From Eledone cirrhosa (Eukaryota), in assembly GCA_964016885.1 (NCBI GenBank), contig OZ024746.1, forward strand, positions 76,756,001 to 76,820,000: a DNA stretch of 64,000 bases, given 5' to 3'. The position numbers and the translations under genes are program-made. The notes under the pieces are model-generated. The model saw only the letters and a program-made list of their open reading frames with translations. It had not been told where the DNA came from and did not search any database. The number at the start of each line of letters is the position of its first letter. Position 1 is the stretch's first letter. Positions 28,911 to 40,650 of this stretch are shown here, piece after piece.

Positions 28911-29386
28911 ATTGATTGTATTATTTGCACCAATTTGCATTATGTCAATATTAATCCTCCTAGTTTGTTCTTTTGGTCTCTCTTTTAAGTGGCTAAACTG
29001 TGCTTTAAGTTGCTTTTTGGCTCTATCCTGATCCTGCCATTGTATTTGCGTGAAACTCTGTGTTCCAAAATCATCTATTTTTTTATTTTTTATTATTGTT
29101 ATTTTATCAGATACCTCTTGAACTAATTCATTCTTTATATGTTTAGTACGGCTATCCTTTTGAAAATTTTCTGTAATTAACAAAAGGACATAATTACATT
29201 TGAGTAAGAGTTGATGTATATGTTCAATATTTTTATTACGGCCCGTTGATATCATGTCATATAGATCACATGTTATTATTGTTTCCAGAAATGTTTTAAT
29301 TTCAACAGCTAAATCATAATCAGTCGGATGATAATAGATACAAGCATCATACATAAAGCTGTTTTTACTGTTGGTCGACAAAGATT
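28911..29386 (-). CDS. TIR-domain + RHIM-like motif exon (main exon)
   Basis: T-run-AG acceptor and AAT|GTAAGT donor; YDACIYYHPTDYDLAVEIKTFLE (box 1-like), STGR loop, CNYVLLLITENF, then IMQIGANNTIN. Confidence 0.82.
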
Positions 29387-30861
29387 CTAAAAAAAAGATA
29401 AAGAGAAAATATTTATAACAATGTTATTGTGTATGATGATATATAATTATTGATTAGAACTGATATATTAACATTGTATTAGAGTAGTGGTTCTCAGAAA
29501 TCCAGGCTACATTCCTCCCCTTGCAATCCCAGCTTTCTTCAATTCCACACCCATTTTGAATTGTCATCTGGTAATTTTTCACCATGAGCAACCTCAATAA
29601 TTGTATAGTCCTAAACAGGATTAACTCTGAAGCAGCAATTCTTTTTTTATATGAACTGTTAATTTGTCATCTTCTTTATAGGTGAGTATATTTGTATTTC
29701 ATTTTATACACAATGAAACACTATTCTCTCCCAGCTTAGATTTCTCCATTGACAAACATTCCTCCTCAATTCCTCTATTGGCTAAAATTCCTACCCAGGG
29801 AGCCAAGTGCTTTCCATTACTGAGTATTACTGTATTATGGAAGATTATAATAAACAAAATGTGGCTAAGGGTGGTGCTCCAGTGAACTGCCACCCACATG
29901 CTGGTTTTCTTGCTATGTTCAGTGTTAATTCTCATTTGCTGATTGCCTTTCTGTACAGCCCTTCAAGTGCAGCCTTCACAAGCAACCAATCCATTACATT
30001 TCTTATGACATACATTATATTTGAATAAATCAATGAAGAATAAGGAGAGATTCACTAAAATTGTTTATTATTTCATTAAGATAGTATTTCTAACAAACAA
30101 TTCTTAAATATAATTATTGTTCGAAAATTTTCATTTAAATTGGAACCCTTTAAAATGGGTGATTTTGGTTCATAGAACAAAAGGCAGTTCTGACCAGGTT
30201 GGCATTGGTATCAAAAGGGTTTAAATAAATCTTTATTATTGAATAACACTGGACTAGGCATTTTACTATTTTTAGGATGAATTTATTTTAATCTATGAAA
30301 ACTCATGGGATACATAGAGCTTCAATGAGTATCCACCTAACATCAATCTTGTGCCACCTTTCTCAATTCACCCCACCATTCTTCATCCACTTCCTGTGTT
30401 TTATGCAGTCTTCCTCTTGCACTTCTGCCAACTGCCATCCAACTGAGTGAAATCTGAAATTTACAGCTCACACTTATATGCAAGTTTAGCTGGCCTTCTA
30501 TGAGGTGCCATCTCATATAAGATTTCACATAGATTTTAACGATAGGGGGCCCTAGTTGTTACAGCTCACACATATGCAAGTTTAACTGGCCTCCTATGGA
30601 GTTATATCTCATGATAGGATCCCAGTCCTATCTTGAAAAATGTGAAATGAGTATTTTGCTCCAGAACACAGTATACCACCTGGCCTAAGAATTGAACTCA
30701 TGATGCTATGATTATTTGTCCAACACCTTAACCATTAGGTCACATGCTTTCACATGGTACAAAATAGAATTATAGCAATTGGAAATAGAGTCAGACTGCT
30801 ACTATTGTGGAAAAAAAGACATGAAATCAGAAATCATTACATAATGGGCAGTTTGACGTAC

Positions 30862-30901
30862 CTGATGATCCTTCAAAAGTAGCATTTGTGGCGACATCCA
30901 T
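30862..30901 (-). CDS. TIR-RHIM gene, first coding exon (exon 30862-30911)
   Basis: Pyrimidine tract..tatag|GAGAATTATA ATG G (A at -3, G at +4); MDVATNATFEGSS+G|gtacgt; phase 1 joins the TIR exon as GAA. Confidence 0.72.
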
Positions 30902-30979
30902 TATAATTCTCCTATATAAACAATATATAAAAATAAATGAAAAATAAAAGGAAATAATTAATAAATAAAAAAAAAAAGG

Positions 30980-31125
30980 GTACAGGTATGGCTGTGTGGT
31001 TAAGAAGTTTGCTTCACAACCACATGGTTCTAGGTTCAGTTTCACTGCATGGTACCTTAGGCAAGTGTCTAATACTATAATCTCAGGTTGATCAATGCTT
31101 TGTGAGTGGAATTTGGTAGGCTGAA
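30980..31125 (+). mobile_element. tRNA-derived SINE (related decayed copy at 28670-28805, minus)
   Basis: TGGCTGTGTGGTTAAG A-box, GGTTCAGTT B-box-like, CCTTAGGCAAGTGTCT core. Confidence 0.7.
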
Positions 31126-31610
31126 TCAACAGGATCCTATCGCGTATATTTGTAACTATCTGCAAATCTTATATAGGAACCACATCAAAGTTTTTAAAGA
31201 AAAAGTGCTCCTCACATTTACATTCTTTTAGAATGTAAAAAAAAAAAAACTGCACATCACTCATACAATTTATCTGGAGTTTACACAATTCTAAGGTAGA
31301 ATACAGTTTACCTTGATTTGTCCTTACAAATCAAGGTAAACTATGGGTCTGAGTATAATCTTTGTTCTATTAAAGATCTTGAAATAGCAATGTTTTATAA
31401 ACCTCTTTTAAATCAGACAATAAATTCATACATTTTCAAGAATGGTTTATTATCCTACATAGATAACATTTTATCATTTTAGAGAATTATCATAATTCAA
31501 ATTCTTTATAATTTGACATTTTTCAAACCTTAATTCCTTTAAAAAAATATATTTTTACACTGCAATCTACACTTGTTTTTACACAAATAATAATTATGTT
31601 TATTTTAGAT

Positions 31611-31849
31611 AATATAAAGAATGGTGTGATCATGCATTGAGATGCTACAAAATAGCTTATAAGATAGGGGGAAGACCTTTAAAGATGGAAAAAGAAGTTG
31701 TCATTGGCCACTATGAGGAATTGAATATTATCTGAGAGATATGGGGTTCCAATCAAAATAGTGACTGATGCCAACTTCTTTTTCTGTCTTCAAAAGTCTT
31801 CACTCTATTTTATAGCATCTCAGAACATGAGCATACCATTCTTTGTATT
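31611..31849. mobile_element. Degenerate foldback/MITE
   Basis: ~100-bp imperfect inverted arms (AAAGAATGGT..TGAGATGCTA..AAGAAGTTG / CAACTTCTT..TAGCATCTCA..ACCATTCTTT). Confidence 0.65.
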
Positions 31850-32089
31850 AACTTTATTCCCTCAGCGCTTCATAAAAGTCTGAGAGATTGGCTTTGTATA
31901 CATGATGTTAATTTTAGAATGTTGTTACCTTTGATGAAAATAATTCAGTTTAATTTTTCTTTGTATTAAGACCACATATAAAGTGAGATGCAGAACCCCT
32001 GGCCTGTTTGGGAGGGCAGCAGCCTTGCTTCAATACTAATTTGGTCTATATAAACCTGTCTGACCCTTGTTAATAGGGAAAGTGGACGT

Positions 32090-34560
32090 TTTTCCTTCAG
32101 TTCATCCAAGCTTTGCCTTTCTCTTCAGCCTACACTGCCATGAGGCATTGCCCTTTGCACACAGGCATCATACAGTTATCCTTTTGTACGTAGAGAGAAA
32201 CATTTCATTGTCAACAGTGGGAGTAGCTCTCTAAATTTCTTCCATTCTATCCTTATTCTAGCTATTATGTTCTCAGAACACCCCCTCTGCTACTAATTAA
32301 GTCACCTAGATAGCTGAAGCTATCAACCACTTCTATGGACCCTTCCTGTGACTTGGAGGTTTCTATCATTGATGCTCTTCCCCTTGATTACTCCAGTGCA
32401 TCTTCTACATACAAAGTCTTCCTTTCCTGTGAGACCACCCATTATCCCACTACATCTCTTGTGTACCCAAGATTTACATTGTGTGCACCATATGGAGTTT
32501 ATGCCTACTCCTTTCCTATACATTAAGCAAGGCCACGTCTGTGAAGGGATCAGGATTCTATCTTCTTTCCTCCTCACTAGCACTTTAGTTTTGGCCAGGT
32601 TTACTCTCAGACCTTTTGATTTCAAATTCTGTTTCCATAGACAGACTTATTTTCTAGTTCTTTTATGGATTTGGCTATAAGGACTAAATCATCTGCACAG
32701 AGATGTTCCCATAAACAACCAGTTTTAAACTCCTGTGGCTTGGAGAACTATGATAAATAGCAGTTGGATAAGAACCAAACCTTGATGAACTCAAACGTGT
32801 ACCTTGAATTTCTCACTAAACTCACTTCCTTAAGGACCACCAGATAATGGATCGAGGTATTCTGTCAAAAGCCTTTTTTAGATCAACAAAAGCTAAATAT
32901 AGTGGCTTATTCTTGGCAAGAACTGCTCTTGTAGTTGCCTAAGAAGAGGGCATCTGTAGTACTTTTCTCAGGCATGAAACTAAACTGCATCTCATCTAAT
33001 TTTACTCTTTCCATAATTAGCTGTGCTATAACGCTTTCCTTCACATTCAGAACTTGATCCATTAGTTTTATTCCCCTGTAGTTGCTTCTTTCTAGAGTAT
33101 CAACTTTGTAGCAATTTATGATTGTAGTGCTGCGCCAGTCATTGGGTATGACTTCGTCCTGTATTACTTGATTGACTATGCGGGTTACTAGTTCAATTCC
33201 TACTTCTCCCGATGCTTTTAGCATCTCAGCAACGATCTCTGACAGTCCTTTGATTGCTTCTTTTACCCTATAACTGTCAACTTCAATAGCTGGTCTTTTG
33301 TTGGGTAAGTTGGAAGTAGTTTCTTTTCCTCCCATTCATCAATCTTTCATAGTAATATTTCCAGGCTTATTTCTTTTGAAAATCAGTGGTGCTAAGTGTA
33401 CCAGTGTCATTTCTAACACTTTTCCCCAACAACATCTCGATTTACACTAACATACTGCCTTGCAATGCAAAACACTTCATGCCTCTGGTCCTCACGTCTC
33501 AAATTTTCTTTTTTTAGCCTTTCTCCAAGCTGTGTATACCTGTTGTCCAGCTTCTCTCTTAACGACCTGCTACCCCAATTTTTCAATGCCTGTCTCCTGG
33601 CTTTATTGGCTCTAGCCACAGTGCTGTTACACCACCAAGTCACCCTCTGCCTGGTTGGCACTTTACTCCAGCCACAAGTCTCATCAGATGTTTGCAAAAG
33701 TTTGTCACATACGAATTTCCAGTTGTCCTCTATATTATATGTACCTATTGAATCCTCTAGGGCCTTTCTAAACCTATATTTAACTGAAAGTCTTTTAGCT
33801 TCCAAACCCTCCATCTCAATATTTTCCTGTGTATCTTGTTCTGTCATGTGCTTATTTTGATGTCGCTAATAACTAACTTGTGTTGGGCAGTGCATTCTTC
33901 CCCAGGGAAGGCCTTAGTGTTTATTACAGACCATTTATCTTGTTGCCTTATGAGTAAGTAATCAATTTGGCTTGAGCGTTCACCTGATTGATATGAAATC
34001 AGGTGGCTGGCTGGTTTCCTGAAATTTATGTTGCAGATGGTTAGTTCATTCACATCGCAGAATTCCAGGAGCCTCAATCCCTCTTCATTTCTTGAGCCAT
34101 AACCTTAACTGCCATGAACTCTACAGAATCCATCCTGGTACTGTCCCACATGTCCATTGAAGTCACCTGAAATTTCCTGTAAAAGTTCCTCATAGAACCT
34201 GTCCTTTTGTTCTTTACCCAGTCCTGCATGTGGAGCATAGCTAGATGTGATTGTCACCAGTCTATTTCCTACAGCTATTCTAAGCTCGATGATTCTGTCA
34301 CTCAAACTACCTCTATCACCTTATCTACCCATTTCTTAGCTAGCAAGATGCCTACACCTCCTACTCCATTATTATTTCCTACCCAGTAGACTATATATCT
34401 CTGTTGTTTACCTGTGATTAGTCTTGCACACGCACCCTTCTATCTCACTTCTTGTATACAGCATACATCTACTTCTCTTCTCTGTAACAGTTCCACAATT
34501 TCACCTGATTCACCTTTCAGGATTCCAACATTGAGGGTAGCAATCTTGAGATTTGTACCT
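32090..34560 (-). mobile_element. Old RTE LINE relic (EN + RT); its EN part from 33683 is repeated in every tandem unit
   Basis: Fragments SGDFNGH, RLLEFCD, SQIDY, NYRGIKLMDQ, WPC..CTQCKSWVHKRC. Confidence 0.9.
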
Positions 34561-34974
34561 TGACAATTGCTGTTATTTCCTTGGGTAGAGGTTCTATGTA
34601 CCAGAAAGGAAAAAAGGCTTAATGACGGTAAAAGGGTTCTCGCACATAGCTACTCTAGCCACCCCACTACCATGTGCAGCACTAACATGACTACAGTTAG
34701 CCCTGTATATGCAATTAATGAAAATCGTATTTGGGCTTGTCATATTTTTGGCAAGGTTATTCTGGTTGGATGCCCTTCTTATCATCAACTACTTTACAGC
34801 ATGGACTGGATGCATTATTCGGGCCACCAGCACTAGAGGAGTTGTTTTACTGGACTCAAGAGTCCTCTCCACCCTATATCAATTTTTTTATTTGGAATGT
34901 CTACTCTCCTAGACGTGTTGCCTTCACTACGGCTTACAAAGTCCCCGCCTGTCCCATACAGCTGTTTTTAATCA

Positions 34975-35221
34975 GAGTCACTGCCCTCCTAGATGTGTTG
35001 CCTTCACTACAGCTTATCTGCCCCAAGCAGTCATTTTTAGTTGGAGTCACTGCCCTCCTAGATGTGTTGCCTTCACTACAGCTTATCTGCCCCAAGCAGT
35101 CATTTTTAGTTGGAGTCACTGCCCTCCTAGATGTGTGCCTTCACTACAGCTTATCTGCCCCAAGCAGTCATTTTTAGTTGGAGTCACTGCCCTCCTAGAT
35201 GAGTTGCCTTCACTACAGCTT
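34975..35221. repeat. 68/69-bp minisatellite, ~3.6 units
   Basis: GAGTCACTGCCCTCCTAGATG..TGCCTTCACTACAGCTTATCTGCCCCAAGCAGTCATTTTTAGTTG. Confidence 0.95.
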
Positions 35222-35649
35222 GTGGAGTCCACATCTGTCGCGTGCAATTTTTCCGACCTTGGTGAGTGTAACAGGGCAGGTGAGGAAAGCAATGGTCAAG
35301 ATGGTTGAGGAGTTTGGGAGCCAGGTGCAAGGCAATGTCAGCTAGAACAGCTAACAGGATGGTGGTGGATAGGGAACAGGTGGGATGTGGAGATGATAGA
35401 GCCATAGGCTGGGTTTTACTTTGAAAGAGACAGTACAGGAATGCTGCATTTTTTGCTTGTTTAGAATTAATCGAGACCGGAGAATGGAGGAGTGGTGATA
35501 GAGCCATGAAGTTAGTTGAGGAAGAAAAAGAAGGAGAAGCATTTAAAAAGCATATCATAGATATAACGAGCAAATCCATATAGGCTTCATTTGAACTTAG
35601 AATGTCTCTTTGAGTAAAACATAAAACATTTTGAATGAAAATATTGATA

Positions 35650-38340
35650 ACTTCTTTAACTCTATACTGTCAATTTTGATAGCTGGTTCCTCTGTTGGGT
35701 CAGCTGAGAGTAGTCTATCTTCCTCTCATTCATCAGTTCTCATAGTAACATTTCCAGACCTCTTTTGTTTGGACATCAGTGATGCTAAGTGCACCAATGT
35801 CCTTTTGAGCACACTTTTCCTCAACATACTGCTTCACACTAATACAGTGCTTTGTAATGCAGAACACATCACGTCTCTGATCCTTATATTGCAAGATATT
35901 GGTAATCCTCCTTTCAGCCTCTTTGCATGCTATATATACTTGTCTAGCTTTTCTTTTAGCTACCTGGCACTGGTCTCTGCTGTCTCCATGCCTGACTTTT
36001 GGCTTTAACATTCTATTCACTATACTGATCTACCATCAGGCCACTCTTTGTCTGGCTGAAGCAAAGCACCAACTATAAGTCTCATCAGTAGTCTGTAGTA
36101 GGTTGTCATGTAGAAACTTCTAATTGTCCTTTATATGAATCTAACTTATCTTCTCTATCATTATATGCAACATGTAAAGCTTTCCTGAACCTATACTTAA
36201 CAGAAAGGTGCTTTAGCTTCCAAATACTCATCCTCCAGATTTTTCTACATTTTAAGTTCTGATGTAATAACTAACTTTTGTTGGCCTGTGATTTCTTCTC
36301 TGGGGAAGGCGTTAACATTTATGATCATCTGTTTATCTCATTTCCTAACAAGAAGTCAATCTGGTTCACTTGTTCACTTGATTGGTAGGTGATCAGGTGG
36401 CTAGCCAGTGCTGCAAATGGTTAGTTCATTTGCATCATAGAATTCTAGAAGCCTCATACAGTCTTCAGTTCTCAAGCCATAACACAGGTGTAGTCATCCT
36501 GGTGCTGCCCAACATGTTCATTGAAATCACCAGCAAGGATAATGAGGTTTCTGTCATCTGTAACTGACGTTGTCTGTAAAAGTTCCAAATATAAGCAGTC
36601 CTTTTATTCCTTACTTAGTTCTGCCTGTGGTGCATAGCTTGAGATAATTCTCATCATTCTATTGCCTATGACTATTCTGAGTTTGATAATTCCAAACCTG
36701 GAAGCAGGGACTAGAGAGAAAGGGCCTCAAAGTCAACATGACAAAGACTAAGGTCCTTATAAGTAGACGAGAAAACAGAACCCAGATCCCCTCAGGGAAA
36801 TGGCCTTGCTCAGTATGTAGGAAAGGTGTAGGTAGGAACTCCATTCTCTGCCCCAAATGCAAACAATGGGTACACAAGAGATGTAGCGGGATCTCAGGAA
36901 GCTTAATTAAGAATGTAGGATTCACATGCAGCAGCTGTGCTGAAACAGCAAGCAAACAGCCACAGGAAACAAGTACCACCAATCTCTGGGAGGGCCCTGT
37001 AGAAACAGTAGACAGCTTCTGCTACCTAGGTGACCGAATTAGCAACGGAGGTGGGTGCTCAGAAAGTACAATAACTAGGGTAAGAACGGGATGGAAGAAG
37101 TTTAGGGAACTACTACCACTGCTAGCTGCAAAAGGCTTCTCCCTCAGAATGAAAGGCAGACTGTATGATGCGTGTATCCGAACAGCGATGTTGCATGGTA
37201 GTGAGACCTGGGCGCTGAAGGTGGAAGACTTACGTAGATTAGAGAGAAACGAAGCCTGCATGCTCCGATGGATGTGTAACAGTAATATACGTGAACGACA
37301 AAGCATAAAGGAATTGAGAGAGAGACTGAGCATAAGAGGAATCAAATGCTGCGTACAGGAGAGGCGGTTACGCTGGTATGGACATGTGATGCGTATGAAG
37401 GATGACAGCTGCATAAAAAGGTGCAGAGCACTAGAAGTTGATGGAAACCGCGGAGTGGGGAGACCCAAGATGACTTGGGATGAGGTGATAAAAGCCGACC
37501 TTACCCAACTACACCTCTCAAAGTCAATGACACACGACCGTGACTTCTGGCGTCACGCAGTAATACAGGGTACCCGACCTCCCATGGGTACATGCTGAAG
37601 CATATAAACAATATGCCCCCCCCCCCCCCCCCCCACCGCAAGGTGGTCGTGGAGGTGCCACGGCAAAAAAGCACCCAGCCCACACTGTAAAGTGGACGTG
37701 TAGGCGCCACGAAAAAGCACCCAGCACTCACTCGTGGAGGTGCCACGGCAAAAAAGCACCCAGCCCACACTGTAAAGTGGACGTGTAGGCGCCACGAAAA
37801 AGCACCCAGCACTCACTCGTGGAGGTGCCACGGCAAAAAAGCACCCAGCCCACACTGTAAAGTGGACGTGTAGGCGCCACGAAAAAGCACCCAGCACTCA
37901 CTGTAAATGAGGTTGGTGTTAGGAAGGGCATCCAGCTGTAGAAATCAAGCCAGATCAGTTCCTGTATGAGCAAGGCATGGTCAGCCGACCAGACACTGCC
38001 CACAACAGGACAACCCGTCTAACCCATGCTAGCGTGGAAGAACGGACGTAAAACGGTGATGATAATTCTGTCTCTTACCCTAACAACTTTGATTACCTTA
38101 TCTATCTACTTCTCAGCTAGTAGAATGCCTACTCCACCTACCCCATCATCATTCTCTACCCAGAAAATCTGTGTTGTTTGCCTGTGGGTAGTCTTGCTGA
38201 AGTGCCACTCCCTCTCACTTCTTGAGCACAGCATACATCCACTTATCTGCTTTCAAGTAACTCAACAATTTCTCCAGATCTTCGTTTCAGAGTGCCCACA
38301 TTAAGAGTGGTAGCCCTAAGATGTGCTACCTGACAGTTGT
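35650..38340 (-). mobile_element. Second old RTE relic (EN region), split by a young RTE-A insertion; present in each unit
   Basis: AKRKARQVY..EKC and LAGDFN; VVRVRDRIIKLRIV reads through once the insert is removed. Confidence 0.82.
36688..38063 (+). mobile_element. Young 5'-truncated RTE-A (ORF 36738-37598), TSD TGATAATTC
   Basis: Near-identical to 12746-13950; 85-bp 3'UTR block triplicated at 37648-37902. Confidence 0.95.
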
Positions 38341-38680
38341 GGTTATAGCGAAATCTCTTCACACACTGACCCCCAGATGACACCTAGCTTTCAATGTTCA
38401 GTAATCTGGGGTGACGTCAGTTTGTCTGGAGTGTCAGGTCATTTTTGAGGTAAAAGCAAGATAACTTCTTTCAATCAGTCTACTCTGGTCCCTCGAAAGA
38501 GACGCATCAAATCGACCTGCTCAAGCAACTAGCAAGATGTAGCACTTAGCAAAAAACTTTGGCCCTCTCAACAAGGGCCCAGCAACATTCTTCCATCTGC
38601 ATTTCATCACATCAACATAAGTTTTGGTAAATACTTTTTAATTATACATGGACAATTATACATGGATAATTTAATTATAC

Positions 38681-39500
38681 AGGGAGTTGGGTGAAGCTCT
38701 ACAGCAATGGAGTGAGTTGGGCTTGTCTCTTTCTGAGAAAGTGGAGGACAGTCGAAGTCAGAGAACTTGGGACAGCATAAGTTCGAAGGCCACCTTCGAC
38801 TCCCTCTTAGTCAGATCAGTTTGCAAACGCCAAATACTCAGGCAACTGAGTTGATGCCCTACCCGTGGCCAACTCAACCTGGATGAACTCCGTGTCTCCA
38901 TCGCCCTCAGAGTGGGAGCTGACGTCTGCATGGGTTTAAGGTGCCGATGCGGCAAACTCCTAAACTCCACAGACCTCCACGGTCTTTCTTGCCGCCTGAA
39001 TGCCGGCCGCTTCGCACGTCATACGGAGATAAACCTCATCCACAAGAGAGCTTTGGCCCGGGCGAACATCGTCGCAGTCTTGGAACCATCTGGGTTGTCC
39101 GAAAGTGACAGCAAAAGACCTGACGGCCTTACCCTGTGCCCCTGGTCTAGAGGCAGGTGCTTTGTCTGGGACGTCACTTAGTGACTCTTTTGCTCTCTCC
39201 CACATCCTGGATGCTGCGGTTAGCACGGGAGCCACAGCTTCTGCAGCCGAGCGGAGTAAGACCCTCAAATATTCTGATCTGTCGGCCAGCTACCTTTTTC
39301 AGCCTGTGGCTTTCGAGACGTTTGAGGGAGTCGGGCCGCTGACTGCGAGGTTCCTCTCTTCACTGGCGGCTTGCTTAATAGAGGTAACTGGCGAATCTCG
39401 CGAGGGCGCCTGGCTGTTCCAGCAACGCTGCGAGTGTGCTGGCTTGCTTCAAAAGTCATTAGAGAGGTCGCCCAGTACCCCTCGCTGCTGTCTTTTGCTC
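38681..39500 (+). mobile_element. CRE-clade non-LTR retrotransposon 3' fragment (zinc knuckle + restriction-like endonuclease), frameshifted
   Basis: QRTWD, CRCG..HGLSC, RH, LEPSGL..KRPDG..PWSRG..WDVT, AE..K..KY, FQPVAFET.G. Confidence 0.85.
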
Positions 39501-39959
39501 TGGTGTTGGCTCGGTTGTTCACCCCTTCCTTTACATTTTCTTTACTGTTTTAAACAAGGATTTGTTTGTTTGTTTTTTTAGTACTGTTTGGTATTCCTTC
39601 TTAAGTTTCCACACAGTTTTTTTTCCTCTCTTCTTTTATTTAAACATTGTCTTTCTCCCTTCCCTTCCCCTAAACCTTTTCCTTACTTTCGTTATTTAAT
39701 TTTTTTCCAAACAAACGGCTGTAAGGAGAAGATTTGAGAGAAAGAGCTTCGTAAAGGCTTAGAAATGAAACTGAAGAACAAGCGACAGCAAAGAAAGAAT
39801 ATGAGTAAAAGAGTTTCGTAAAGGATTACAAACGAAACAGAAGAAAATAGTCCGCAGTCGGAATATGAGACAAAAGAGACGATTCAAAAACAGCAAAAAA
39901 TACCAATGCAATGAGAGCTGGCCGTATAAATGATGCAGGATTTATAGCTAATTATGATA

Positions 39960-40140
39960 ATTGTTTCTACTTTTGGCACAAGGCCAGCAATTATTCCAGT
40001 GTATTACTGGTTTTTTTATTTTATTGACTGCGTCAGAATGAAAGGCAAAGTTAATCTCGGTGGGATTTGAACTCAGACCATAAAGGGCCGTACCTCTATA
40101 CTGCAAGGCACGGCGTCCGACCCTCCACCGATACTGCCAA
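39960..40140 (-). mobile_element. SINE of the second family (also at ~47784, ~55607, ~63423)
   Basis: Homologous to 15721-15900. Confidence 0.75.
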
Positions 40141-40374
40141 TTTAGAAAACAGATTTTGTTTATATTTAAACAAATACAACAATTAGCAGTCATTTGTTTA
40201 CGGCACGGGCCAGCTAGTCGTTAATATTCTGCGAAATTTCATTAATAAAGGAGATTTGGTTGAAATTATCGCAAAAAAGATAAACCAAGGATATATATAG
40301 AAGAAAAATGTCAAGCTCTAACTTTAGGAAAAACTTAAAAGAAAACAATATTTTAAGCTTAAATTTCAGAATAT

Positions 40375-40650
40375 ACTTACAAGAAATTTCCATCAACTTC
40401 TGGTTTCAAGCAAAGCTGACGTCAATTTTTCTATTTTGTATTTGAATGTATTTAATTAAGTTTCAAGATATTTTCTATAGCTTTGATTATATATTTTTGT
40501 GTATTATAATTGGATATACTGTGATTATTTAAGCCGTTAAAACTGCTATAAAAACAAAAACAAAAAATAAGATTTTGTTCGAAAATAAAATGTAACCTAA
40601 TATTAAATTGCATGTAGACTTGAAATCAAGTCTATTTCCTGTTTCGTTAT
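40375..40650 (-). promoter_or_regulatory. Candidate promoter/non-coding first exon of the TIR gene, one per tandem unit
   Basis: Minus-strand donor GTAAGT 40375-40380, GGAAATTTCT 40382-40391, TGACGTCA 40417-40424, AACGAAACAGGAAA near 40635-40648. Confidence 0.35.

Noticed and set aside
30912-31165. N-terminal part of the 112-aa ORF 30827-31165
   Set aside because: Antisense SINE plus polypyrimidine tract; only 30862-30911 looks exonic
36738-37598. Amplified 286-aa ORF as a domesticated gene
   Set aside because: Essentially identical to the RTE-A C-terminus from an internal Met; explained by recent truncation plus duplication
38479-38626. Plus-strand exon candidate (ttcaatcag ... gtaaat)
   Set aside because: Stops in all three frames and no partner exons found
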